Below are positions 13,056 to 26,018 of a stretch of 64,000 nucleotides of DNA, one piece after another. Position 1 is the stretch's first letter; every line of letters begins with the position of its first letter. A program made the translations under genes and the position numbers. Under the pieces are notes generated by a model. The model saw nothing but the letters and a program-made list of their open reading frames with translations, searched no databases and was not told the origin of the DNA. This DNA comes from Octopus vulgaris. Its lineage: Eukaryota. The stretch is taken from contig OX597814.1 in the NCBI GenBank assembly GCA_951406725.2, positions 186,000,001 to 186,064,000 on the forward strand, read 5' to 3'.

Positions 13056-13439
13056 AGAATTGTTAGAATCTCAGACAAGATACCTTGTGATACTAGTTTT
13101 GGCATTGGTGCTTTGAATTCTTGGGTGGGTGGGTGGTAGACTAATCCATTGACCAGTTGAATATTACTGTCAGGTATTTGGTTGTCATTAGCAGCATTCA
13201 CTCTGTTGCATGTAATCGGGCTAGGTGTTCAGTTTGAGGAATAACTTCTTCCCATCCTGTCACTAGTCCCAAAATTTCTGACGAAATAAAGGGCCACAGG
13301 TGCTGCCCCTCCCTCCCTGACTAAGAAGTAAAACTGAGATTGTTTCAATTGACTCAGTCAATTCTCTTCCAAACACAACCAACAACACTTTGACCAGTCA
13401 GTCAAGGTAACTGACCAACAAAAACACTTTTTACTGAAG

Positions 13440-13816
13440 CCATGACCATCACCACTCAGATCATTGTCACCATCACCATCATGGTTGCCATCGTTAGCTA
13501 CCATAACTAATGGTATTCCTACCATCACTGCAAATTACTGATACCACATTGTTGCAGACACTACCACTTACAAATCCAACACTATCTCTCTTACTACCAT
13601 TTCCACCATCACCATAGCAGCCATTACCAGCAGCACCTTTCCCATCACCACCATCATTATATCTCTTACCATTATCACCACCATCTTCATTACCTCACCC
13701 CCATCATCACTATTTCTCTTACCACTATCACCATAATCTTCACAATGGCTACTACTACTACTACTACCACCACCACCACTGCCACCACCAGCAGCAGCTC
13801 CACCACCACCACCACC

Positions 13817-13866
<50 letters not shown>

Positions 13867-14315
13867 CACCACCACTACTACTACTACCACCACCACCACC
13901 ACTACTACTACTACTACTGTCACCACTTAAACTGCAAACACTACCACCATCATTGTTAAGCTCTACCGCCATTAGTCCAGCTACCTCCAGTACTACATCT
14001 AATACAACCACTATGACCAACAACTACTACTGTAATATCACTACTACCTCTGCTACTATCACTGCAACCACCATAACCACTGCAACCATTACTACCATCA
14101 CTATCGACTCCACCGCAATCACTGCAGCTTCTACTATGACCACCATAACTTCAACCATTACTGCCTTCATAACCACTACCACCACCACCACCACCACCAC
14201 TACCACCACCACTACTACTACTACTATTATCACTGCATCCAACACTGCTGCCAACATTACCACTAGTACAAGCTTTAGTATCACCAACACCACCATCACA
14301 GCAGCCACAGCCGAT
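13440..14315. repeat. (ACC/ACT/ATC)n low-complexity tract
   Basis: Read directly; source of the poly-T/V/G/S ORFs. Confidence 0.95.
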
Positions 14316-14544
14316 GTCGTTAATTCTAAGATCAATCGGTATAATTTATACCTTCTCTTTTCTCTTCCCCTTTGCCAGGTGTGTAAACACACAACTTGCC
14401 AGTTGTCTAACCATTGACAATGCAGCATTGATTGAAAGAATTTTACAGTTTAATAATTACCATTCTTATTGTTCTGGATATTGGCTGAAGAAACATATGG
14501 AAGGAGAAAGAATTGATAAAGAAAAAACAAAAAAAATACTAATT

Positions 14545-15482
14545 TTCTATTCTTTTATCTTTTACTTGTTTCAGTCATTGGACAGCGGCCATGCTGGGGC
14601 ACCACCTTCAATTCGTTTTTTTTTTGTTTTTTTTTTGTTTGTCGAATTAATCATCCCCTGTACTTTTATTTTTTAAACTCTGGTACTTATTCTATTGGTC
14701 TCCTTTGCCAAACTGCTAAGTTACGGGAAGCATGAACAAACTAACACCAGCTGTCAAATGGTGGTGGACAACAAACATGAACACATATACACATAATAAA
14801 TTAATAAATAAATACGCCCTTTTAAAGGTTTCCCGATTTCTATGGTGTATGCATTCCCCAGCTGTACGGGACGCCAGTCCATTGCAGCGTTACTCATTTT
14901 TGCCAGCTGAGTGGACTGGAGCAACATGAAATGAAGTGTTTTGCTCAAGAACACAAAGTGTCGTCCGGTCCAGGAATCGAAACCACAATCTTACAATCAT
15001 GATGCTGACAACCTAACCACTAAACCACATGCCTCCACTTGCACCCTTTTAAAGCCTAGTCAGGCTCATGGGCCCAGTTTCCCAGTTTCAATGGCATATG
15101 TGTTCCCCAGCTGGATGGGACGCCAGTCCATTGCAGCGTTATTCATTTTTGCCAGCTGAGTGGACTGGAGCAACATGAAATGAAGTGTTTTGCTCAAGAA
15201 CACAACGTGTCGCCCGGTCCAGGAATCGAAACCACAATCTTACGATCATCATGCTGACACCCTAACAACTAAGCCACGTGTCTCCACACATACATATACA
15301 TATTTGCATGCACACACACAAAAGGCTTCCACATAGTTTCTATCTCCAAAATTTGCTTACAAGGCATTCATTAGCCCAGAGCTATATTTAATGACATTTT
15401 CCCAAGTTGCCCACTGTGGGACTGAACTCAAAACCACATGGTTTCAAAACAAGATTCTAAACCTCACAGCCATGCCGGCAAC
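14545..15482 (-). mobile_element. SINE family A containing two tandem OR-like SINEs at about 14815-15287
   Basis: Family A tail at 14545-14790 and head at 15320-15482; two GCCTCCAC/TCTCCAC-ending copies lie between. Confidence 0.85.
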
Positions 15483-15579
15483 CTATGGTTGTTTGATTTT
15501 GATAAAAATATTCCTAATGTAGATGCATAACCAGAAATTTAAGAAAAGGAGTTATTCAATTACTTAACTGTTGCTTGAG

Positions 15580-15962
15580 AAGACCTGTTGAGTCAAGGGA
15601 AATCATTGATGTGACTGATGCTAGTGCCACCAGACTGGCACCCTATGCTGGTGGCACGTAAAATGCACCATTTGGGTGTAGTCAATGCCAGTGCTGCCTG
15701 ATTGGCTCGCATGCCGGTGGCACGTAAAAAGCTCCATTCGAGCATGGTCAATGCTAGTGCTTTCTGACTGGCCCCTGTGCCAGTGGCACGTAAAAGCACC
15801 CACTGTACTCTCAAAGTGGTTGGCATTAGGAAGGGCATCCAGCTGTAGAAACCTTGCCAGTCTGGTGTAGCCTCTTGGCTTGCCAGTCCCCAGTCAAACC
15901 GTCCAACCCATGCCAGCATGGAAAGCAGATGTTAACTGATGATGATGATGATGATGATGATG
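15580..15962 (+). mobile_element. SINE-like family C copy
   Basis: Three GTGGCACGTAAAA units, RTE-like motif, (GAT)n tail. Confidence 0.85.
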
Positions 15963-16726
15963 AGGAACTGAGTGAACTGGAGCAACATGACATAAAGTGT
16001 CTTGTTCAAGAACACAACACAGCTCAGTCCGAGAATCGAAATCACTACCTCATGATTGTGAGCCCAACACTCCTTCGTATGAGATAATATATGATTAATT
16101 CAAAACATTGTGAATAAATAGGCATTACACCTGACAGAATAATCTAAACACTAAAGGGTTAAACCAAGTGATATATTAAGTCATCCATCCAAATACCACA
16201 AGGCATCAGGTCTAATGTTCTTATATTCCTTCAGCCCTCAGTGATAGATTGGTACATTTTCTTATCACACACACCCCATCTGCCCATACACACACATACA
16301 AAAGGATGAAAGACAAAGTTTTTATGTTGGTATGTCATAAATTCATCAGAGAAAGGGTGTATAATCAACAGTAATATATTACTGGTACTTATTGTGTCAA
16401 TTCTCAAGAAAGAAAAAGTAAAGATTGACAATAGGATTTAAATTCAGACATAATATATACGCAGACATGAAAGAAGTAAATAGACACCTTTAATTTTCAA
16501 AATCTTTTATTTAATATGCAAAGCGAACAATTGAAATGTAATTGATAGGTGGAACTACATATCTTAGTATTTAGTTGACATTCCATTTGCAGTTTTTAAT
16601 TCAGTAACTCTTTTTGGCATTGAACTGATGAGCTTTGTGATTGTCTTTTGTGGAATTTCTGCCCACTTTTCATGCAACAATCGAAACAATTCATTTTCAG
16701 ATTTAGGTTTCTGTCAAGTTTTTCGT

Positions 16727-16992
16727 ATCTATCAGTCTCTTTTGCCGAACCGCTAAGTTATGGGGATGTAAACACACCAGCATCGGTTGTCAAGCGATGT
16801 TGGGGGGGGGGGGGACACAGACACAAACATATATATATGTTTCAGTTTCCGTCAAGCAAATCCACTCACAAGGCTTTGGTCGGCTCGAAGCTGTAGAAGA
16901 CACTTGCTGAAGGTGCCATGCAGTGGGACTGAACCCAGAACCATGTGGTTCGTAAGCAAGCAACTTACCACACAGCCACTCCTGCGCCTATA
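16727..16992 (-). mobile_element. SINE family A copy
   Basis: Ends CCACACAGCCACTCCTGCGCCTA. Confidence 0.85.
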
Positions 16993-17274
16993 ATGATAAT
17001 GCATGATTAATTCAAAACAATGTGAATAAATAAGGATTACATTTGATAGAGTAATCTGAATGCTAAAAGGTTAAACTAAAAAGGGATTTGATTTATGGTA
17101 TCAATATGAAAGATTACTTTGGAAAAAATATCATTAATTTATTATTTTAAATCTTTAAATTCAAACATGAGACAATGGAGATTTTTTGCTGAACTTTTTT
17201 ACTATTTCCATTTGCCTCACCTGTAGGACTAATTAAGAAATGTAAATAGTAATTAGTCAGGAGGTCTTTGCCTT

Positions 17275-17825
17275 GCAGGTACCAGTGCCACACAGGATGC
17301 ACACCAGTGCCATGTAAAGTACACTTGCGTCAGTGCTGCATAAAAGCACCAGTGCCAGAAGCATGTAAAAAGCACCCAGCATGCTCTATAAAGTGATTGG
17401 CATTAGGAAAGGGTATCCAGCCATAGAAACCATGCCAAACCAATCAGATGATTGGAGCCTGGACAGCTCTCTGGTTGGTCATCTCCTGTCAAACTGTCTG
17501 ACCCATGCCAGCATGGAAAAAAAGGACATTAAACGATGATGATGGTGATGATGATGATGATGATGATGACGATGACAATGCTGATGATGATGATGATGAT
17601 GATGACAACGACAACGATGATGACGACGACGACAATGCTGATGATGATGATGATGATAATGATGATGACAACAACGATGACGACAACGACAACGCTGATG
17701 ATGATGATGATGATGATGATAATGATGATGATGACAACGATGACGATGATGACGACGACGACGGCGACGACAACGACGATGATGATGAAGATGATGACAA
17801 CGATGATGATGGTGTTGATGATGAA
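17275..17825 (+). mobile_element. Family C copy with an expanded (GAT/GAC)n tail of about 290 bp
   Basis: CATGCCAGCATGGAAA...GGACATTAAACGATGATG followed by a long GAT/GAC/AAC tract. Confidence 0.85.
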
Positions 17826-18974
17826 AAGAATGGAAGTATAACATCGAAACTGCAATTGAGAAATGACATTGATTTCTATTCTCATGAACTCAATTTTCTT
17901 ACCTTCTCCTTACCTAAAGGCAAAACTGACATCGTTACTTCTTCACTGAAAGGCCTATATACTCTGATATAAATTATCAGGTGTGTTAAAAGCATATCCA
18001 GCTGAGTTATTGATATAGCTGTGCCGACATGTACAATAACCAACTGTGAAATAGATCTCCACTGTAAAAGACTTCCTACTGTGTTATTGTTATAAGGAAC
18101 CTTAGATTCTTTCTTATAACCTCTAAGGTATCAAATTGTGTAGTGTGAATGAAAGCACTGTAAAGCTAATAGATTATTGATATAACAAAACATATCCATA
18201 TGGCATGATGACCTCTCCTGTCTTGAGGTATGACATAAAAGTGGTAGACTATTGATATGAATTTATATAATACTGATACATCACAAATGGAGACACATCA
18301 ATTATTATTATGGAAAACAGATATCCATTAAAACCAAGCCAAAAAAGAAAAAGAAAAAGAAAAAACAAAAAAAATAGGGTGTTACCAAAGTGCAATAATC
18401 TAAACGTGGCTTGGATCTACATCCCTCAGTTTTGTGGATATTAATAGTTTGCTTTATTGTTAAATTACTCTGCTAGGACAGTGTGGACTTTGCTTTGTTT
18501 GCAGTGTCAATCGAGTTATGACTGCACAGACAGAATTAACTGCTTGTGGCCAATCCATTGATTCAGCCCATAAGATCTGCAACAAAGTTAATATAGCTTT
18601 AGATTACACAGGAACATGTGCTGTACATGGTTTAATGCTGTGATTTGGACATTAACAGGTTACTTTATTGGAAGAATATCTGTTGTTAAAAGCAAATGTT
18701 AATGTACATGTGACTCGCATTAGCGCATGATCACACAACCTTTAATAGTTCACATTTAACAAGGAATTTGCTAATTAACTAGTTAACTAACAATGAATAT
18801 AATCACAACTGCCTAAAATAACCTAAATAACAACATTAATAAAACTTTGTTAATTATCTGATTACTAGCTAATATAGAAGAATCTACTAAGGAAATTTCT
18901 GCTTCACATTTTAATCCTTTCCTACAACTCCTTTACTCTTTATGATACCATTCCTACTTTGCCTATTCTTCCAC

Positions 18975-19816
18975 AAGTTCCTTCACTTACTCACTACATT
19001 GCTCTTTTAATTAAACCACAGTGCCGGGATTGTCGTTGCCTGTGTCACCAGCAGGGTCGTTGCTAGTGCCACCGGACTGGCTCCTGTGCATGTAGCACAT
19101 AAAAAACACCTTTTGAGCATTGTTGTTGCCAGAACTGCCTGACTGACCCTCGTGCCAGTTGCACGTAAAAAGCACCCACTACACTCTTGGAGTGGTTGGT
19201 GTTAGGAAGGGCATCCAGCTGTAGAAACTTTGCCAGATCAGATTGGAGCTTGGTACAGCCTTCTGGTTTGCCAGCTCTCAGTCAAACCATCCAACCTATG
19301 CTAGCATGGAAAGTGGACATTAAACAACGATGATGATGATGATGATGATTTGAGTATTTTTATTATTTTGATAAGCCCCTTCTTAGCAGATGTATTTTCT
19401 AGTAAAGTTCCTTCACTTATTCACTACATTGCTCTTTTAATTAAACCACAATGCCACAGTGTGGTCGTTGCCAGTGCCACCGGACTGGCTCCTGTGCAGG
19501 TAGCATGTAAAAAACACCTTTTGAGCATAGTCGTTGCCAGAACCGCCTGACTGGCCCTCGTGTTGGTGGCACGTAAAAGCACCCATTAGACTCTTGGAGT
19601 GGTTGGCGTTAAGAAGGGCATCCAGCTGTAGAAACTCTGCGAGATCAGATTGGAGCCTGGTGCAGCCTTCTAGCTCGCCAGCCCTCAGTCAAACCATCCA
19701 ACCCTTGACAGCATGGAAAGCAGACATTAAACGACAATAATGATTATGATGATGATGATGATTCAATTATTTTTATTATTTTGATAAGCCCCTTCTTAGC
19801 AGATGTATTTTCTAGT
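18975..19816 (+). repeat. Tandem duplication of a roughly 420-bp unit (unique flanks plus a family C SINE)
   Basis: AAGTTCCTTCACTTA.TCACTACATTGCTC... and ...GATAAGCCCCTTCTTAGCAGATGTATTTTCTAGTA each occur twice. Confidence 0.9.
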
Positions 19817-20832
19817 ATATGTTCCTATTTCAGTTTCAGTTTCAATTTCAGGCTAAGAACATATCATCTCACCAGGGTGCAATGCAATAAAATTATATGT
19901 AGAATTAATCATAAGTACTTCCTGTCATTAAAAACCTAAAGGAGCAATACTATAAAAAATGAAAACTGATCATACCTTTCAAATCCATCTTGTGATAGGA
20001 AAACATTACTCACATTTCCACCCGCCTACCCTTAATATTTTGTCCTACACATTTTTGATAATCTGCTAATCTTTTGAAATATTGAAATGTTCATATTTGT
20101 AGATAAGTGATAATTGATGAATGGTTTAACATTCGTGTTCAGGTTCAACATAGATGTAATATTATATTCATTACCAATATGCATTGCTCTATCTTTTGCT
20201 TCAGTCAACCAAGCTGAAAATGGGCACCACAGCAATTTTATAGTCAAGTGATTAATTAATTAAAGACACCCTATCCTGAAGAAACATTATAACAAAATAA
20301 ACCTACTCAAACCGTTATGTACATAAAAAAAAAGAGGATTCTAAAATAAATTTGAAATAAAATAGATGTGAACTCCGTGTTTCCATTTGAAAAAGCAGAA
20401 TAGACAATGTCAATTTCTTGATGCTTTAGCTCCTGTGCTGTTCCCTGGAGTTTAAGTTTTGGCTTTACTTGCTTCAGTCTATCTAACAGCAAATTAGTTA
20501 TTAAGAACAAAATTACTTGGTGGTTAAACATCAAGCCAACTGGATAATTGACAAATAGACAGGTGGCTAGAACTTTTGAGTGAAAATTCTGCTGAGAGAA
20601 ACTCAAAAAGTAACAAATAAAAACAGGAACTTAGTGGGTTACACAATCCCCCAAGGATATTTCCTAAGAGGTTGGTTGTACTGCAATCGCAGATTTTAGA
20701 AAGAAAAAAAAATGATAGAAATAAAACTTATCACTGATCTTCCAATGGCTTTGCAAAACATGAGGAGGAATGTTGAAACTAAATGCAAATTGTTGCTATA
20801 AAAACATTAGTCTTCTTACATACATACTTCCT

Positions 20833-21183
20833 TCATCATCATCATCATCATCGTTTAACGTCCGTTCTCCATGCTAGCATGGGATGGACGGTTCGACCAG
20901 GGATCTGGGAAGCCAGAAGGCTGCACCAGGCTCCGGTCTTATCTGGCAATGTTTCTACAGCTGGATGCCCTTCCTAACGCCAACCACTCCGTGAGTGTAG
21001 TGGGTGCTTTTTACGTGCCACCTGCACTGGTGCCAGGCGAGGCTGGCATCAGCCACGGTCGGATTGGTGCATTTTATGTGCCACCTGCACGGAAGCCAGT
21101 CGAGGCGGCACTGGCTTCGGCCACGATTCGGATGGTGCTTTTTACGTGCCACCGATACGGAAGCCAGTCGAGGCGGCGCTGGC
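20833..21183 (-). mobile_element. Young family C copy
   Basis: CpG-rich; nearly identical, in inverted orientation, to 39547-39820. Confidence 0.9.
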
Positions 21184-21494
21184 CTTAAAGTTACTAAATT
21201 ATATGGTTTTCTATCTGAGGAGATATTTCGAAAAACTTGTGAGTTTTGTGAGATTCCATCCCCGCACATTTAGAGATATAGATTTGCTAATAAAACACTG
21301 AGGTGCAGCCTAAGGGACCTATAATCCAAATATGCCATCATGAGTCAGACTCTAAGCCAACACAGTACCCTCTGCTATACAATGATTGACAAAATAGAGT
21401 CAAGTGTAACAGTGAGAACATATCAGATCTGATATCCTGTCTAGTCTGTGGATATGTAATTAAAAACCCAAGTAGAAGCCATAGTAGAAATTGG

Positions 21495-21822
21495 GGATCT
21501 TTTCACTTTGACCAGCAGATTTTTAAAATAATTTCTTTGTAACTAAACACTTTTAAACTTTGTATACTGGTAGAATGTGTTTATAAAACATCTTTTTCTC
21601 TTGGCTTTCTTGAGAAAATTCTGTAGTTTGTAAGCTATATTCTTTAATTTCTTGCATTTCGGCAATTTCAACCAATCAATGACGTCTATTGAGGTGAATT
21701 CAATATCTCTGGATCGTTGTCAAAGATGTTTTATAAACACATTCTACCAGTATAAGAAGTTTAAAAGTGTTTAGTTACAAAGAAATTATTTTAAAAATCT
21801 GCCGGTCAAAGCGAAAGGATCC
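21495..21822. mobile_element. MITE with about 100-bp TIRs (GG...CC ends, 8-bp TSD; Merlin/Mutator-like)
   Basis: 21495-21595 is the reverse complement of 21722-21822; flanks GAAATTGG and GAAATTGA. Confidence 0.85.
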
Positions 21823-22579
21823 GAAATTGACACAAGGAAGTAACATTTAGTGAATAGTAAATACTGAGATATTTCTAAATGGGCATGAATTAAAATGCCA
21901 ATCAAGTTCATTATTACTTAATTCTCATGACATAACTTAACATGTCTGCTAATAAAGTTACTAGCTGGCAATTCTCCAGAACAACCAGATAAATATTTGC
22001 TTACTTTTCAAGTAAAGTTTCGAATTAATTGCATAACCCTTCAGATGTAAAATTATTTTTGCTTCCAGAAGTAAAAACAACAGCAAATAAGTAAACCATT
22101 GTGTTGAAAAAGAAACTCTTTTGAAACTTTTCCCCTCTTGGTTCACTGTATTTCACTTAATTGTTATCATTCCTCTTTCATTTCCAAGCTTTTATGAATA
22201 GTTATAGAACAAACATATGTTAACACAATATATTATTTCCCCAAGAGGATTTCCAACACATATTATGAATATATCTACAGATGTTTAGTGTATTGTTCTT
22301 CACAAATTTTTGTTTTCTTTTCTATTTTCATAATACAAGTAAGAGTTGTTTCAATTTCAGCATCTATTTTCTTTCAATGATACAGCTGCCCTTTTTCATA
22401 AATCAAATATTATGGTTGAAATAATGTGATCTGGTGGTCTCAGTGCTGGAGGTAGCAGGAGTAGTCAATGTGAGAGTTTCCCTCATGGTAACTACCACAG
22501 TATAGTTTGTTCTAACAGAACATCCATATTTAAGTGGGGATAAATATTACCACTCAGTATTAACACTGACAGTCACTAA

Positions 22580-22745
22580 TATTGGGTTGTCCGGAAAGTT
22601 CTTGCCAATTTTTAAAAGAAAGTAAAAGGTCAATAAATACTTGCCATTACATTTTTAATCAACCAAATATGAACCATTTTGTTGCACAATGCGTCTCCAT
22701 CTTTCCTTTAACTTGAAAATACTCTCTTCCCAGAATTGAGGTGGT
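22580..22745 (-). mobile_element. Mariner 3' end remnant
   Basis: TA|TTGGGTTGTCCGGAAAGT TIR; minus strand PPQFWEESIFKLKERWRRIVQQNGSYLVD*. Confidence 0.85.
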
Positions 22746-23175
22746 ATTAAAAATGCTAAACTCAGAATGCAAAAGGTTATAACTAAATACTGCAAAATAT
22801 TTTGAAAAATGAGCTAATGATTTTGCTAATCAAACCACTACTCTTCCATTCATAATGATTAATAATTCTTTGGATAGAATGCATAGAAGTTTCAAAGAGT
22901 ATGAATGTCAGACAATTGTTTTGCAATATTTAGTTCCATATTTCATAATCATCATCATTATTTTAATGTCCATTTTTAGGTTATATGGAATTCACCAAGG
23001 CAGATTTTTCAATGGCCAGATGTCTTTCCTGTTTCTTCCAAACAAGGTACTATTTCTCCACAGCTGGACATGTTTTTGCAGACTAGAAATGAAGGATATT
23101 CCTTGTCTGAAAGGGGCATTCGGTTACAACTTTTGCACAGTGTCAAAGTAAGGACATTCACTCACACACAACTAT

Positions 23176-23222
<47 letters not shown>

Positions 23223-23229
23223 CATAGTT

Positions 23230-23387
23230 AATCCAAACATGAAAGCACAATGCGAGGATGTGGAACAAGAATAGTGTTATTGGACGCTCAGGAAAGGAAA
23301 GAAAGAAGGAGGATTTAATGTTTCGAGCGGAGCTCTTTCTCAGAAACATAGGAAAAGGAAAGATCCAAGGAAGGGAAGACAGAGGTG
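23230..23387 (-). mobile_element. (TA)n-embedded Penelope-like fragment with a hammerhead-like core
   Basis: Near-identical to 45425-45600; minus strand CTGAGAAAGAGCTCCGCTCGAAACATTA. Confidence 0.6.
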
Positions 23388-23629
23388 TATATATATATAT
23401 ACATATATATATTTATATATATATATATATACAAACAAATGTCAAATGATGATGAGGATACAGAATGTGTGTGTGTACAGACTATATAAGGAATTTTTGT
23501 CAACTGACATAAAATAATACGTATATATTATGAGTGCTATGTTTATATTCTCTATCTGTCTTTTTCAAGTGATGCCAAACATTTTGCTTTTTCATGTTTA
23601 CTTATATATATACATATATTCATACACAA

Positions 23630-23670
<41 letters not shown>

Positions 23671-23712
23671 CACATACACACACACACACAGACACACACA
23701 CACAAATATATA

Positions 23713-24583
23713 TACAAGAGGGGGCTGAAAAGTTCCTGGTTTTGGGTAAAAGAAAATACAGGAAAATCAATTAATTATGATTTTATTCTTATTGCCCTCT
23801 CAGATTCACACACTGAGTGCAACAGTCCTTCAGTTTTTCTAAGCCCTGTAAAAAAAACTAAGAAGGTTGGGCCACCAACAAAGCCTCTGTAGCATTGATC
23901 ACTTCCGAACTGGAGTGAAATTTCATTCCCTTAAGATATTTCTTCAGTTGTGGAAAGAAGTGATAGTCGGAAGGGGACCCAAGTCAAAAGAGTAAGGTGG
24001 GTGGTCTACCAGTTCAAAGCCAAAATCACATATTTTTCCATAGAATTTCATGTGCTGTGTGTGCTGGTACAATGTTCTGCAAAATCAGAACACCACAGCT
24101 CAGCTTTCCACAGCATTTCTGCTTCAAAGCTTCATGCAGTTCGTCCAATTAAGACATGTGGTATTTTGTATTGATGGTGTGACCCTTTGGCAGGTATTTT
24201 ATGAGGAGTATTCTATCTTTATCCCAGAACACTGAAGTCACAATCTTTCCAGGTAAATTCTGGGTCCAAAACTTCTTGGATGCAGTGAACCGCTGTGGTA
24301 CCATTCCATTGACTGCTGCTTGGCCTGGGGATCATAATGCTGAAGCCATGTTTCATCCATGGTGACTAAACAAGCTATGAAATCAGCCTCTCCTGCTGCA
24401 AACCAGTCCAAAATCCCTTTAGATGTCGTTGCTCTGATGCACTTCTGATCTGCACTCATGATATTCTGGACATGAGAAAGCTTTCTCATGTCCAGAATAT
24501 CATGGATAATGTTGCCAACTCTTTCATGGGAAATTCCCAGAGTTTCAACTATGACTTTAGCTGAAATCTGTTGGTCCTTAACT
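23713..24583 (-). pseudogene. Mariner (Tc1/mariner) transposase pseudogene with 3' TIR
   Basis: LGISHERVGNIIHDILDMRKLS...LVTMDETWLQHYDPQAKQQSMEW and a downstream SPSDYHFF-like motif; TIR TACAAGAGGGGGCTGAAAAGTTCCTGG. Confidence 0.92.
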
Positions 24584-24905
24584 TTAATGGAGGTAATATT
24601 CATCCCCACTTAAACATGGATGTTCTATTAGAACAAGCTATACTGTAGTATTTGCCATGAGAGAAATTCTCATAATGGCTTTTGGCACAAAATGTACTCT
24701 TGTTTATATTGCTTGCAGGGAGATAAATCCCTACCATCTTCAGCACCAAGACACCAGATTACATGATTTCAACCTTGCTTGACCTTGTCAATGATGGATG
24801 CTAAACCACTAGAGATAGTAGCAAGTCGTCCCTGTCAGCAATATATAGAATAACAATGCCAGAACAGGCACTGTTGTTGCAGTTAGCCAGTGACCTTATC
24901 AAAAA

Positions 24906-25238
24906 ATATATACCAGTAACAGAGACAATATTAAAACTAAGAGGTAATATTTAATTTACCCCCTCACTGAAACATGGATGTTCTTTTAGAACAAAATATA
25001 CTGCAATGGTTACCATCACTGAGAAGAACAAGGAATGATGAAATCACATGATTTGGTGATCTCAGCACTAAAGATAGTGGGGACTTATCTTCCTATTAGC
25101 AATTTTGCATCAAAAGCTAAAATAAGAGTTTCTCTCATGGTATCTACCACAGTATAGCTAGTTCTAATAGAACATCCATGTCTAAGTGAGGATAAATATT
25201 AACTCTCTGTATTAATACTGCCTCTGTTGCTAATATAT
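24906..25238. mobile_element. Probable MITE with about 110-bp diverged TIRs and TA-rich flanks
   Basis: 24910-25023 is inverted to about 25130-25235; further copies at 22414-22580 and 24590-24774. Confidence 0.6.
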
Positions 25239-25755
25239 ATATATTCTAAATTTCTTGATACCAAACTGCCTGAAATCACCCTTGATTCTATGATACAAAC
25301 TTTTTGTTTTAAAGTGATCTAAATTCAAACCTTCCATCAAAGTTTCATGTTAATTTGTATTCCAAACACCAACTTAATAATGGGAACATTATTTTAATAA
25401 ATTCTTCATCATTTTCAAAGTTAATTAAAAAAATAAAAAAGAAATGTGATTCAACAGAAATATAGTAACAAAAGGGTCAAAAGCATGCTAATTCTACAGA
25501 GATTACTACTAAACCTGCTGTACAACATAAGTTGTTATATCATTCTCTATTTTACTGTCCAATAGGATGCAGTCACACAATAACTACTTATATTTTTCTT
25601 CATTCAAACACATAAATAACTACAAAACGATGATGAGTGATTGTAGATTCATAGTGGATGTTAGATTAAAGTTAAAACCCTGTTATAGTTCCATTCTTAT
25701 ACAAGGCATAATAATATTTTGCTTATTTTATTCAGCATAACAGTATATTTTTAGT

Positions 25756-26018
25756 CTGTTGTGTCTGGGGAGAGTCATTTTCTTTTTGTGCCTTATAATG
25801 TAACACACTCATTTTCAATAGTCAAGACTATTGAAAAGGTTGCAAAACGCAACGAAAATTTTAGGAAAATAAAAATAAGAAATAAGTGGAAATTTTACCG
25901 GTGAGTGTGTTACATTATAAGGCACAAAAAGAAAATGACTCTCCCCAGACACAACAGAATATGCTTCAACACACGAACTCATATAAAGAACCTTGCAAAA
26001 CAAATCCAAAAACAAAGA
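25756..26018. mobile_element. 263-bp element with a perfect internal 56-bp inverted repeat and 11-bp TSD (Penelope-like 5' inversion)
   Basis: IR 25756-25811 / 25902-25957; TSD ATATTTTTAGT at 25745-25755 and 26019-26029. Confidence 0.75.

Noticed and set aside
13568-14428. Long poly-T/V/G/S ORFs (mucin-like)
   Set aside because: Products of trinucleotide repeats, open in several frames on both strands
14351-14540. Strong plus-strand acceptor CCTTCTCTTTTCTCTTCCCCTTTGCCAG|GT with an open frame
   Set aside because: No downstream donor or recognisable peptide; runs into a SINE; opposite strand to the other candidates
17479-17972. Poly-D/H/S/M ORFs
   Set aside because: Expanded (GAT)n tail of a SINE
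20008-20247. Minus-strand ORF near a GTGAGT donor
   Set aside because: The ATG frame stops before the donor, and the frame open at the donor has no ATG or good acceptor
20871-21273. Recurrent peptides such as [13 protein letters not shown] and SFRLPNPLTRLWSA in many ORFs
   Set aside because: Translations of SINE copies, not a protein family
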